Under the pieces are notes generated by a model that ran no database searches, was not told the origin of the DNA, and was given only the letters and a program-made list of their open reading frames with translations. Shown one piece after another: positions 6,580 through 14,823 of a stretch of 21,687 bases of DNA. Position numbers and translations under genes: made by a program. The stretch is from Candidatus Bathyarchaeia archaeon (GTDB lineage Archaea; Thermoproteota; Bathyarchaeia; Bathyarchaeales; Bathycorpusculaceae). The first letter of the stretch is position 1, and every line of letters starts with the position of its first letter. Location of the stretch: assembly GCA_038882655.1 (NCBI GenBank), contig JAVZNT010000016.1, positions 1 through 21,687 of the forward strand. Direction: 5' to 3'.

Positions 6580-9132
6580 TTATGGTTGGTTTCTGTGGTT
6601 GAAGTGGAGTATTGCGTAGACCACGTCTCTTGCGTTGACTATTCTATCACCAGTTAAATCACATCCACCGAAACCATATGTACTTATCCATTTTGGATCC
6701 TGTGGAGGAATATTTGATGGATCCTGTGTTTGGGGATCTGGTGCTTTTGCCATGCAGTGTATAACGACCCACGTTACGTCCCTACCGTTCACAATCCCAT
6801 CAGGTATTCCAGGGATAATTCCTGTTACATCTGCCCAGCATGTGTCCATTTTGAATAAGTGATAGTAATAGTCTGATGGGTAGTATAGGTTATAGTACCA
6901 TCCTTTAACCCAGTATTTCATCCATTTGAAATGGTATAGTTGCCATATCCGGATAACTTTCATGTCTGGCCATATTGGATCGCTGGTTGGACTTGGTAAT
7001 TGCAGTAGATCGTACATGTAAAGTCTAGGCACATCTGCTACGTCTATATCGCCAACAATAAACATAACTTCCATTGATTCCCAATCCGATATATAGCATA
7101 TCACAATATTGTGTAAAGTAGGCAAGCTTTGCCAGTAGTTTGGGTTGTAAATTAACACTACTACTCGCGAATATGGGTCGAAATGGGCAACCCTGTAGGG
7201 CCCCGTGCCAACATAACGATCATTCAAATCGTATGGAGAAAAGAGTATGTGACGCCATGTTTCAAACCAGTCTGGGTAGCCATCGCCATCCGCATCGTTG
7301 TATAAGTTACCATCCCAACAACCGATGCTGATTGAGAATTCTTTATCAACAATAGAAGACCATGTTTGGGACATAATCCATAGGAAATATGTTTCTTGAA
7401 ATGGAATGCCCAAATTTATTCGAAACACCGGCCTATACCCCCAATCCCATATTATTTCGAAACTGTCGTCTATCAAGTGTGAAAGTGTCCATACATCCTC
7501 AGGATTTCCCGTAAGCCAGAAGTCGCTGCTCATTTGGCTGAAAAGTGCTTCGTAAAACATCCACATTGGACTGCCATACTGGTCTTGAACCATTCCTCTT
7601 TCAAATGAGTATTCAACGTCAAAAATGTCAAAGAAGCCGACCACCCTGCCACTTTCGTCAACAAAGGGTATAGCGTCTTCTCTAATCCAGAAGTCGAAGT
7701 AGCTTCTTAAGAGTTCAATCTCAATTAGGCCACCCCCATAATCCATGCAGTCTTGTACTAACCATGTGCGGTATTTGCCGTCAGGTTCAAGCATGTAGAG
7801 AACATCGCCTCTAGATAACCATCTATCTGGATATTTATCAAACCATCCTAGACACAGTGATCCATCACTCCACCATGAGCCACGTGGATCATAGAGGTTT
7901 ACGTCTGTTGACCATATGGTTTTATACAAGTCTATTCTTCCAGTCCAAGTATCAGCTAGTCCCGGAGAAAATTCCCAATATTTTTCTCTGTTCATTTTGA
8001 TTAAGGTTTCGTAGACGTTAAATATTATTTCTCGGCTTGCCGCATCGTAAGCTGCTACTGGATCAGCCCTCATAGGCATGTGGGCTATGAAGTTAACGGC
8101 TGCCAGAGCGTCTACAAGTCCATATCCATATTTGTCGTCATACCCTGGGTCGCCAAGATCCCTAGCCGTTTCAAATAGGATTTCTCTTATCTGGGCATTA
8201 GTGAGGAACGGATCCATAGACCATAATAGTGCAGCAACTCCAGCAACGTGAGGAGCAGCAAATGAAGTACCACCCGCTACATTGAAACCACCCCCTATAG
8301 TTGTAGATTTTATATTCTGTCCAGGAGCTGACAGTTCGACTTTCCAACCAGTATATGTGGGTGGAACATAATTATTGTTTTCATCAACACAAGTAACAGC
8401 TATAACGTCTGGATGACTCCAAGGAAGAGGCCAGTCGTCCGGCGGATTTTTGCTTACATTATTAGCTACGGAGGCGATAAGCAAAATTCCTTCGTCCCAA
8501 GCCTGAGTTAACGCATTCCATAAATTCTGATCCCGCGTGGCAACGAAGCTCATGCATATTATGTCTATTTCATGTTCTATAGCCCAATTTATAGCTTGAA
8601 CGTCAGTAGCAGGATTATTTGCCTTTAAGAGGTATAGGTTCACTCTGGGTGCTACCCCAACTATTCCATAATTGTTGTCTCTAGCAGCAATTACACCAGC
8701 CACCATTGTTCCATGATCATCTGGTACTAGCATCCCGTCTCTCCTAACCCAATCCCATTCAGGCTCTCTATCATTGTTGATGAAGTCCCATCCACCTCTA
8801 TAATTATCAATTAGTTCTGGATGATTCCATTCAAAACCAGCATCAATAACAGCCACGTCAACACAAGCACCTTTCGTTAACCAATGAACAAACAGGGAAT
8901 TGACACGTCTAACCCCCCACGGAACTTCTTCCACAAGTTGTTGATAGTTTACTAAATTGCTGGCTCTGTACGACGGAGAGCGCCAACCCCCTCCAACATT
9001 ATTATGCCCAACATAAAGTGTCGATGTGTCCACTGGAGGTTGAATAGCAGCAGATTCCCTAACAAAGATAAACATAGTCACAATGCAGATGATTATTAAA
9101 CAAACCATCCGCCTCCAAATCATTTTAAACAT
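6580..9132 (-). CDS. Secreted chimera: signal peptide, S8 subtilisin-like protease, partial family-5 ABC solute-binding domain, dockerin-like C-terminus
   Basis: Triad motifs VAVIDAG, DHGTMVAG, GTSFAAPHVAG; SBP5 motifs ADPVAAYD...IFNVYETLI, DVEYSFER, VGTGPY; two Dx(T/N)GDxxVNxxD-like Ca loops at the end; probable start ATG 9132 or 9123 after GAGGAGTG. Confidence 0.85.
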   Translation of the reverse strand: MFKMIWRRMVCLIIICIVTMFIFVRESAAIQPPVDTSTLYVGHNNVGGGWRSPSYRASNLVNYQQLVEEVPWGVRRVNSLFVHWLTKGACVDVAVIDAGFEWNHPELIDNYRGGWDFINNDREPEWDWVRRDGMLVPDDHGTMVAGVIAARDNNYGIVGVAPRVNLYLLKANNPATDVQAINWAIEHEIDIICMSFVATRDQNLWNALTQAWDEGILLIASVANNVSKNPPDDWPLPWSHPDVIAVTCVDENNNYVPPTYTGWKVELSAPGQNIKSTTIGGGFNVAGGTSFAAPHVAGVAALLWSMDPFLTNAQIREILFETARDLGDPGYDDKYGYGLVDALAAVNFIAHMPMRADPVAAYDAASREIIFNVYETLIKMNREKYWEFSPGLADTWTGRIDLYKTIWSTDVNLYDPRGSWWSDGSLCLGWFDKYPDRWLSRGDVLYMLEPDGKYRTWLVQDCMDYGGGLIEIELLRSYFDFWIREDAIPFVDESGRVVGFFDIFDVEYSFERGMVQDQYGSPMWMFYEALFSQMSSDFWLTGNPEDVWTLSHLIDDSFEIIWDWGYRPVFRINLGIPFQETYFLWIMSQTWSSIVDKEFSISIGCWDGNLYNDADGDGYPDWFETWRHILFSPYDLNDRYVGTGPYRVAHFDPYSRVVVLIYNPNYWQSLPTLHNIVICYISDWESMEVMFIVGDIDVADVPRLYMYDLLQLPSPTSDPIWPDMKVIRIWQLYHFKWMKYWVKGWYYNLYYPSDYYYHLFKMDTCWADVTGIIPGIPDGIVNGRDVTWVVIHCMAKAPDPQTQDPSNIPPQDPKWISTYGFGGCDLTGDRIVNARDVVYAILHFNHRNQP

Positions 9133-9349
9133 CACTCCTCTCCACCATCCCTCTTTAGCTTTATTTTTCCTTTTCAAGAAGAGGCTTCACATCCTACACA
9201 ACATCTTCACATGAGGCCTTCCATCCACCAGAGGCAAATTTAGAAGCCTCATCAATGTGTATAGAAAGTTAACCTCTCCTTTCAACGAATAATGTTGCTT
9301 CGTAAACTCTTTAAAAATTTTATGGAAAAAAGTTACAGCCTACAATTCA

Positions 9350-9751
9350 CTAAGGCACAAAATAATATCTTGGCCATTGGGGCCATTGTTGAGTCTGCTG
9401 AGTTTCCTCAAACTTCATTTTTAGAGGCATTCCAACCCTTATTTTGTCTAGGGGCACGTTTCTTATTATTCCTGGAATTTTTACTCCGTTTTCTAGCTGG
9501 ATTATGCCTACCGCGTATGGCGCCATATTCTGGAATTGGGTTGGAGCCACATGAATTATCGTGTATGTTAAGAGCTTGCCAGTTTTTGGCATTTCAACCC
9601 ATTCGAACTCTATTGATAGGCACTTGTCGCATAAGGGTCTTGGCGGCAGGTGGATTTTTCCGCATTTTCGACATTTTCCGCCAATGAGCTTTTTCTGACT
9701 TATGTTTTTGTAGAACTGTTCTATGGTGAAGGCTGGTGGCCGTTCCGCCAT
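9350..9751 (-). CDS. DUF35/ChsH2-type Zn-ribbon OB-fold protein
   Basis: CRKC...PPRPLCDKC, GKLLTYTIIH, PYAVGIIQLENG; 3 nt downstream of the thiolase stop. Confidence 0.92.
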   Translation of the reverse strand: MAERPPAFTIEQFYKNISQKKLIGGKCRKCGKIHLPPRPLCDKCLSIEFEWVEMPKTGKLLTYTIIHVAPTQFQNMAPYAVGIIQLENGVKIPGIIRNVPLDKIRVGMPLKMKFEETQQTQQWPQWPRYYFVP

Positions 9752-9754
9752 ACT

Positions 9755-10927
9755 TTATCCTCTCCTGTAGATGTGAACTGTAGCTGTGGCTCCTGAACCC
9801 CCAACATTATGGGTTAAGCCTATCTCCGCGTCTGCCACTTGCCGCCTGTCAGCTTGCCCGGTAAGCTGCAAGTATATCTCGTAAGCTTGGGCTGTTCCCG
9901 TGGCGCCTACTGGATGACCCTTTGCTTTTAGCCCTCCGCTTGTGTTGACTGGAATTCTGCCCTTCAATGTTGTTTCGCCTTTTTCTGCTATGCGTCCGCC
10001 TTCGCCCGGCTTGCAGAAGCCCAGGTCTTCGTAGGCTATTATCTCAGCTATAGTGAAGCAGTCATGCACCTCAGCCACTTCTATATCTTCTGGCGTTACA
10101 CCAGCCATTTCGTAGGCTTGTTTTGCGGCTAGTTTGGCGGCTCTAAGCGATGTGAAATCATCTCTTTCGTAGATGCCTATCGTGTCGCTCGCCTGTCCGC
10201 TTCCAATTATGTGGACTGGCGTGTCTGTGTACTTTTTGGCTATTTCAGGCTTTGTCAGTATGAGGCAGCTTGCCCCGTCAGTTATGAGTGAACAATCGTA
10301 GAGTTTTAGAGGCCAAGCAATAACCCGCGAGGATAGGGCCTGTTCTAGGGTTATTTCCTTCTGCATGTGCGCCTTCGGGTTTAGGCTTCCATTATAATGG
10401 TTTTTCACGGCAACATGAGCTAACTGCGCTTCTGTGGTGCCATACTTGTGCATGTGGGCCGTAGCCATCAATGCGAATAATCCTGGAAAGGTTATGCCAT
10501 GCCACTGTTCGAAGGGGAAATCTGAAGCCATAGCCAAAAACTCTGTGACTTCGGGAGTACTTCGATGAGTCATCTTCTCAACACCGCCAGCCATAACAAC
10601 ATCACACAAGCCCGAAGCAACCGCAAATACGGCTGCCCTTAAGGCTGCGCCAGAAGAGCTGCAAGCCGCCTCAGTTCTCGTTGCCGGTATATGCATTAAG
10701 CCAGCCCAGTCTGCCGCTGTGGCGCCAGTGTGCCCTTGATGCTCATAGGATTCACCCATATGCCCAATAAAAAGGGCTTTTATATCTTTTTTAGGGTCTA
10801 GTTTCGGGCAGCGTTCATAAGCCTCCTTTGCCGCTTGGGCGAAAATCTCGCGGGCGTATAAGCCTTCAAGTTTTCCGAACTTTGATAAGCCTGCAGAAAC
10901 TATTGAGGCTAGGGGTTTTCCCTTCAA
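9755..10927 (-). CDS. Archaeal/SCP2-type acetyl-CoA C-acyltransferase (thiolase), catalytic residues intact
   Basis: EAACSSSG nucleophile Cys89, HDCF, GHPVGATG, HNVGG; TTG start. Confidence 0.92.
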   Translation of the reverse strand: MKGKPLASIVSAGLSKFGKLEGLYAREIFAQAAKEAYERCPKLDPKKDIKALFIGHMGESYEHQGHTGATAADWAGLMHIPATRTEAACSSSGAALRAAVFAVASGLCDVVMAGGVEKMTHRSTPEVTEFLAMASDFPFEQWHGITFPGLFALMATAHMHKYGTTEAQLAHVAVKNHYNGSLNPKAHMQKEITLEQALSSRVIAWPLKLYDCSLITDGASCLILTKPEIAKKYTDTPVHIIGSGQASDTIGIYERDDFTSLRAAKLAAKQAYEMAGVTPEDIEVAEVHDCFTIAEIIAYEDLGFCKPGEGGRIAEKGETTLKGRIPVNTSGGLKAKGHPVGATGTAQAYEIYLQLTGQADRRQVADAEIGLTHNVGGSGATATVHIYRRG

Positions 10928-11085
10928 GTTAAACTTCTCCCAGAGTTAGCCTTGTGAGAAAATCCATAGTTACGAACAAGTATTTAAGTTTCTTCAACAC
11001 TTCCGCTTGTTTTCCACGAAAAGTTTTATGTGAACACCAGTTTAAACTATAGCCTCTAAAATGGAGAAAAGGGAAGGAGAAAATT

Positions 11086-12243
11086 ATGAGCGAAGTGGCA
11101 ATTGTTGGTGTTGGATGTGTCGGCTTCAGACCAATAACACCAGAGCTTTCCTATAAGGAGTTGATGTTTGAGGCGGCTGTTAAAGCCTATGAGGATGCCG
11201 GCGGAATAAACCCGAGAAAGGACATAGACGTCTTCGTAACATGCGCCGAAGACTATTTGGAAGGCTTCAGCATATTCGACGAGTTCGTCCCAGACCAGCT
11301 TGGCGCAGCCCTACGCCACCTGTTCACGGTTTCCGGCGACGGCATGCTTGGACTGGCAACGGCTTACATGCTAATAAAGACCGGCTATTTTGACACTGTT
11401 GTGGTGGAAGCCCACAGCAAAGCCTCCGACATACTAACATACATGGACATTGTGCAGTTCGGACTTGACCCGATTTTTAACAGGCCTTTAGGCGGGCATC
11501 CCTACTACATTGCTGGTTTGGAGATGAACCGTTATTTGCATGATACTGGCACGACTGAGAAGCAGTGCGCCCAAGTTGTCGTCAAAAACAGGAGAAACGC
11601 CATACTGAACCCGTATGCAGCTTATGGTGCAGACATAACTCTAGACCAAGTCATGCATTCAGAGAAGCTTTTCCATCCACTGAAAAAGTTGGAGATAAGC
11701 ACACCGGCAGACGGCTGCATAGTCTTGGTTCTAGCCTCTGAAAAGGTTGCTGAAAAGCTTACCGACAAGCCCGTCTGGGTTAAGGGTGTGGGATGGTGCA
11801 CTGAAACCCCAAGCCTAGAAACAAGAGATTGGACAAGGGCTGTTTACACGAGGCTGGCGGCTGAAATGGCCTACAAGGAGGCTAAAATCACCAATCCTTG
11901 GCGTGATATAGACTTCGCAGAAATCCACGACATGTTCACCTACAAAGAGTTGCAGCACATGGAAGCTCTAAAACTGTGTGATTATGGCATGGCTGGCAAA
12001 CTAACAGAGGAAGGTCTAACAGCCCTAGACGGTGAGTTCCCAGTAAACCCGTCTGGAGGGTTGCTTGGAATGGGTTATGGGCTGGAGGCTTCTGGACTAC
12101 AGAAAGTGCTTGAAGTCGTTTTACAGCTCAGGGGCGAGGCTGGTGCAAGGCAAGTTGAAGACGCAGAAGCGGGGTTAGCCCACACATGGCGTGGAATCCC
12201 AACGGCAACAGGTGCAGTGGCAGTTTTAAGCAACGTTAAGTAG
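11086..12243 (+). CDS. Thiolase-fold protein lacking the catalytic Cys and His
   Basis: Thiolase fold motifs (VKNRRNA, ADG, VNPSGG, QLRGEAG.RQV) but SGDG in place of the Cys loop and GYG in place of GHP. Confidence 0.88.
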   Translation: MSEVAIVGVGCVGFRPITPELSYKELMFEAAVKAYEDAGGINPRKDIDVFVTCAEDYLEGFSIFDEFVPDQLGAALRHLFTVSGDGMLGLATAYMLIKTGYFDTVVVEAHSKASDILTYMDIVQFGLDPIFNRPLGGHPYYIAGLEMNRYLHDTGTTEKQCAQVVVKNRRNAILNPYAAYGADITLDQVMHSEKLFHPLKKLEISTPADGCIVLVLASEKVAEKLTDKPVWVKGVGWCTETPSLETRDWTRAVYTRLAAEMAYKEAKITNPWRDIDFAEIHDMFTYKELQHMEALKLCDYGMAGKLTEEGLTALDGEFPVNPSGGLLGMGYGLEASGLQKVLEVVLQLRGEAGARQVEDAEAGLAHTWRGIPTATGAVAVLSNVK

Positions 12244-12259
12244 TGGAGGTGAATGTGGC

Positions 12260-13426
12260 ATGTTTGGGAAGAAGAGGGTAGCCATAGTTGGTGCAGGCGT
12301 AACCCTATTCAGAAGAAATTTGAAAGAGACTGGAAAGGAGCTGTCGTACCACGCGGCTAAAATGGCTTTGGAACAAGCGGGAATGGAGCTCCGCGACATC
12401 CAAAGCGTCGTCATGGGAACAGCGCCAGACGCCTTTGACGGAGTTCACATGAAAGGCGAATATTTGGCGGATGGGGCTGGAGCCTACCACAAACCATACA
12501 CAAGGGTTTATGTTGGCGGCGGAACAGGTGTTTTTACGCCTTTGGCTGGATGGTGGCATGTAGCCTCTGGACAATTTGACACGTGCCTTGTTGTCTGCGA
12601 GGAGAAGATGTCTTCATGTTATCCGCATCCACAGTACGCCTTCACAACAATATTTGACCCGATTCTTGAACGCCCCATTGGCATGAACCTCATATGGATT
12701 TTCGCCTTGGAAATGAACCGTTACATGCACAAGCACAACATAAAGAAGGAGGACATAGCCTTAGTCTCCGTTAAAAACAAACGGAACGCCCTAGACAACC
12801 CCATAGCCCAGTTGGCCGCCAACATAACGGTGGAAGAAGTCTTAAACTCTGAAATAATGGCTTGGCCAGTCCAACGCTTAGATGTTAGCCCAACAAGTGA
12901 CGGAGCCGCCGCAGCAGTGCTTGTCTCCGAAGACGTTGCAAAAGAGGTTACAGACAACCCCGTGTGGATTGATGGTGTTGGCTGGTGTATAGACTCAACC
13001 CATTGGACTGACCGCGACTTGTATTATCCGGACTATGTGGAGTATGCAGCTCGCATGGCTTACAAAATGGCTGGAATCAAAAACCCGCCCAAAGAGATTG
13101 ATGTGGCGGAGCCTTACGACCCCTTTGACTATAAGGAGTTGCATCACATGGAGGGCTTACTCTTGTGCAAGAAGGGTGAAGCGCCAAAACTAACAAGGGA
13201 AGGCGTAACCCAAAGGGACGGAGACTTGCCAACATGCCCCTCTGGCGGACTTCTGGGATGCGGCAACCCTATAGCAGCGGCTGGCATGATGAAAGTTTGC
13301 GAAATCTTCTGGCAACTGCGAGGCGAAGCTGGCAAGAGACAGGTGCCCGGAGACCCAAGAACCGGCGTGGCACAAGCGTGGGGTGACCTAATGCAGTACG
13401 GCTCCGTAATAGTGTTAAGACGCTGA
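12260..13426 (+). CDS. Thiolase-fold protein lacking the catalytic Cys and His
   Basis: VGGGTG in place of the Cys loop, YDPF in place of HDCF, GNP in place of GHP; SD GGAGGTGA upstream. Confidence 0.88.
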   Translation: MFGKKRVAIVGAGVTLFRRNLKETGKELSYHAAKMALEQAGMELRDIQSVVMGTAPDAFDGVHMKGEYLADGAGAYHKPYTRVYVGGGTGVFTPLAGWWHVASGQFDTCLVVCEEKMSSCYPHPQYAFTTIFDPILERPIGMNLIWIFALEMNRYMHKHNIKKEDIALVSVKNKRNALDNPIAQLAANITVEEVLNSEIMAWPVQRLDVSPTSDGAAAAVLVSEDVAKEVTDNPVWIDGVGWCIDSTHWTDRDLYYPDYVEYAARMAYKMAGIKNPPKEIDVAEPYDPFDYKELHHMEGLLLCKKGEAPKLTREGVTQRDGDLPTCPSGGLLGCGNPIAAAGMMKVCEIFWQLRGEAGKRQVPGDPRTGVAQAWGDLMQYGSVIVLRR

Positions 13427-13445
13427 AAAAGGAGGCGAGAAGAAT

Positions 13446-13961
13446 ATGAGCGTTAAGATTAAGCATTTTCCGGGCGAGGAGATTGAGACAAAAGACTTCC
13501 GCGAGGGAAAAGTACTCTTCGAGAGTTTTCATCCAAAAGCCAAGTACGCTTGGAGTGCTGGCATAGCCATAAGCCGATTCCTAGAAGAGCTTAAGAACGG
13601 CCGAATTATTGCCACCACATGCAGTAAGTGCAAGCGCATAATGGTTCCGCCACGAATTTATTGCGAAAAGTGCTTCAAGCCGACGGACGGTTGGACCTAT
13701 GTAAAGGATACCGGCGTAATCAACACATTCTCAGTCTCGTTCTTAGCGGCTGATGCTTCTAGGTTGAAGGAGCCCATAGTGGTGGCTATCATAAATTTGG
13801 ACGGCGCCTCAGAGGGCATGGGAATAGTCCACCGCATAGAAGAGTATGGCGACTGGAAGGAAATCAAAATCGGCATGCGAGTCAAAGCCGTCTGGAAGCC
13901 GCCAGAAGAGCGCACAGGAGCCATCACAGACATAAAATACTTCAAACCCATAAAGGAGTGA
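13446..13961 (+). CDS. DUF35/ChsH2-type Zn-ribbon OB-fold protein
   Basis: CSKC...VPPRIYCEKC, GVINTFS, IKIGMRVKAVW; SD AGGAGG. Confidence 0.92.
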   Translation: MSVKIKHFPGEEIETKDFREGKVLFESFHPKAKYAWSAGIAISRFLEELKNGRIIATTCSKCKRIMVPPRIYCEKCFKPTDGWTYVKDTGVINTFSVSFLAADASRLKEPIVVAIINLDGASEGMGIVHRIEEYGDWKEIKIGMRVKAVWKPPEERTGAITDIKYFKPIKE

Positions 13962-13967
13962 AAAGCC

Positions 13968-14435
13968 ATGAGTCTTGAAAAGATAACTAACCCGTTTAAT
14001 GCTCGCCATTGGATAGGTCACATGGAGGCGGATTACCGCTACACGCTCGGCGTTGCCGGAGAACGCTTCTTGAAAGAGATTAAGGAAAACGCCCGCATAA
14101 TGGGGGCTAAATGCCCAAAATGCGGCGTTGTCTTTGTTCCGCCACGGCTTTACTGCGAGAAATGTTTCGCAAAGCTTGAAGAGTGGGTTGACGTTGGCAA
14201 AAGAGGTGAGGTCTACACGTACACAATAGCCACAATAGACATCGACGGCAAAAAACTCGAAAAGCCACAAATATATGCGCTAATAAAGTTTGAGGGCGCC
14301 CACGGCGGACTAATTCACAAAATAGGCGAAACAGAAAAAGTCTGCATTGGAATGAAGGTAGAAGCAGTTTTTAAACCGCCCAGCGAGAGAAAAGCCTCAA
14401 TAAACGACATAGCCTACTTCAAACCGGTCGAATAG
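13968..14435 (+). CDS. DUF35/ChsH2-type Zn-ribbon OB-fold protein (tandem paralog)
   Basis: CPKC...VPPRLYCEKC, GEVYTYT, IGMKVEAVF; clearly similar to the preceding gene. Confidence 0.92.
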   Translation: MSLEKITNPFNARHWIGHMEADYRYTLGVAGERFLKEIKENARIMGAKCPKCGVVFVPPRLYCEKCFAKLEEWVDVGKRGEVYTYTIATIDIDGKKLEKPQIYALIKFEGAHGGLIHKIGETEKVCIGMKVEAVFKPPSERKASINDIAYFKPVE

Positions 14436-14486
14436 CTTACATCCTACCCTCTTTTTATCGTCGAAATTCAACTCTTTTGCCGTGGC

Positions 14487-14772
14487 TTAACCGCCACTCC
14501 AAAAGTTTATTGAGTCGCAGCTTTCCACGTGTTTCTTGTTGCCCATGAAGTTATTATGGTAGAAAGTGTTGTAACTAGATTCGCATCCGATGTGGAGGCC
14601 GGTCCAGTTGTTGTCAATTATGTTGTTTCCAATTATACGGTTGTAGGTGGATTCTTTCTATGTAAACGTATCCCTCACCGTCAAAAGAAGAGATGTCGAA
14701 AAACCACAATGGTAGAGATCACCTACCAATATAATTACGATTAAAGCAGCTGCGATAATCTTTATTCAGCAT
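14487..14772 (-). pseudogene. Remnant of a secreted right-handed parallel beta-helix (NosD/CASH-like) protein
   Basis: Manual translation: MLNK /frameshift/ IIAAALIVIILVG...TFT*KESTYNRIIGNNIIDNNWTGLHIGCESSYNTFYHNNFMGNKKHVESCDSINFWSGG*. Confidence 0.7.
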
Positions 14773-14823
14773 TCATAACTCTTATTTAAAGTTTAGTATT
14801 TTTTAATAAAAAAGCGAACCAAA

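Noticed and set aside
8080-9006. Intein explanation for the inserted domain
   Set aside because: No Cys/Ser start or His-Asn end at the junctions and no splicing blocks; the insert is an S8 protease
14529-14744. 71-aa plus-strand ORF in the intergenic gap
   Set aside because: Its V/Y-rich pattern is the antisense shadow of Asn/Ile-rich beta-helix codons on the minus strand
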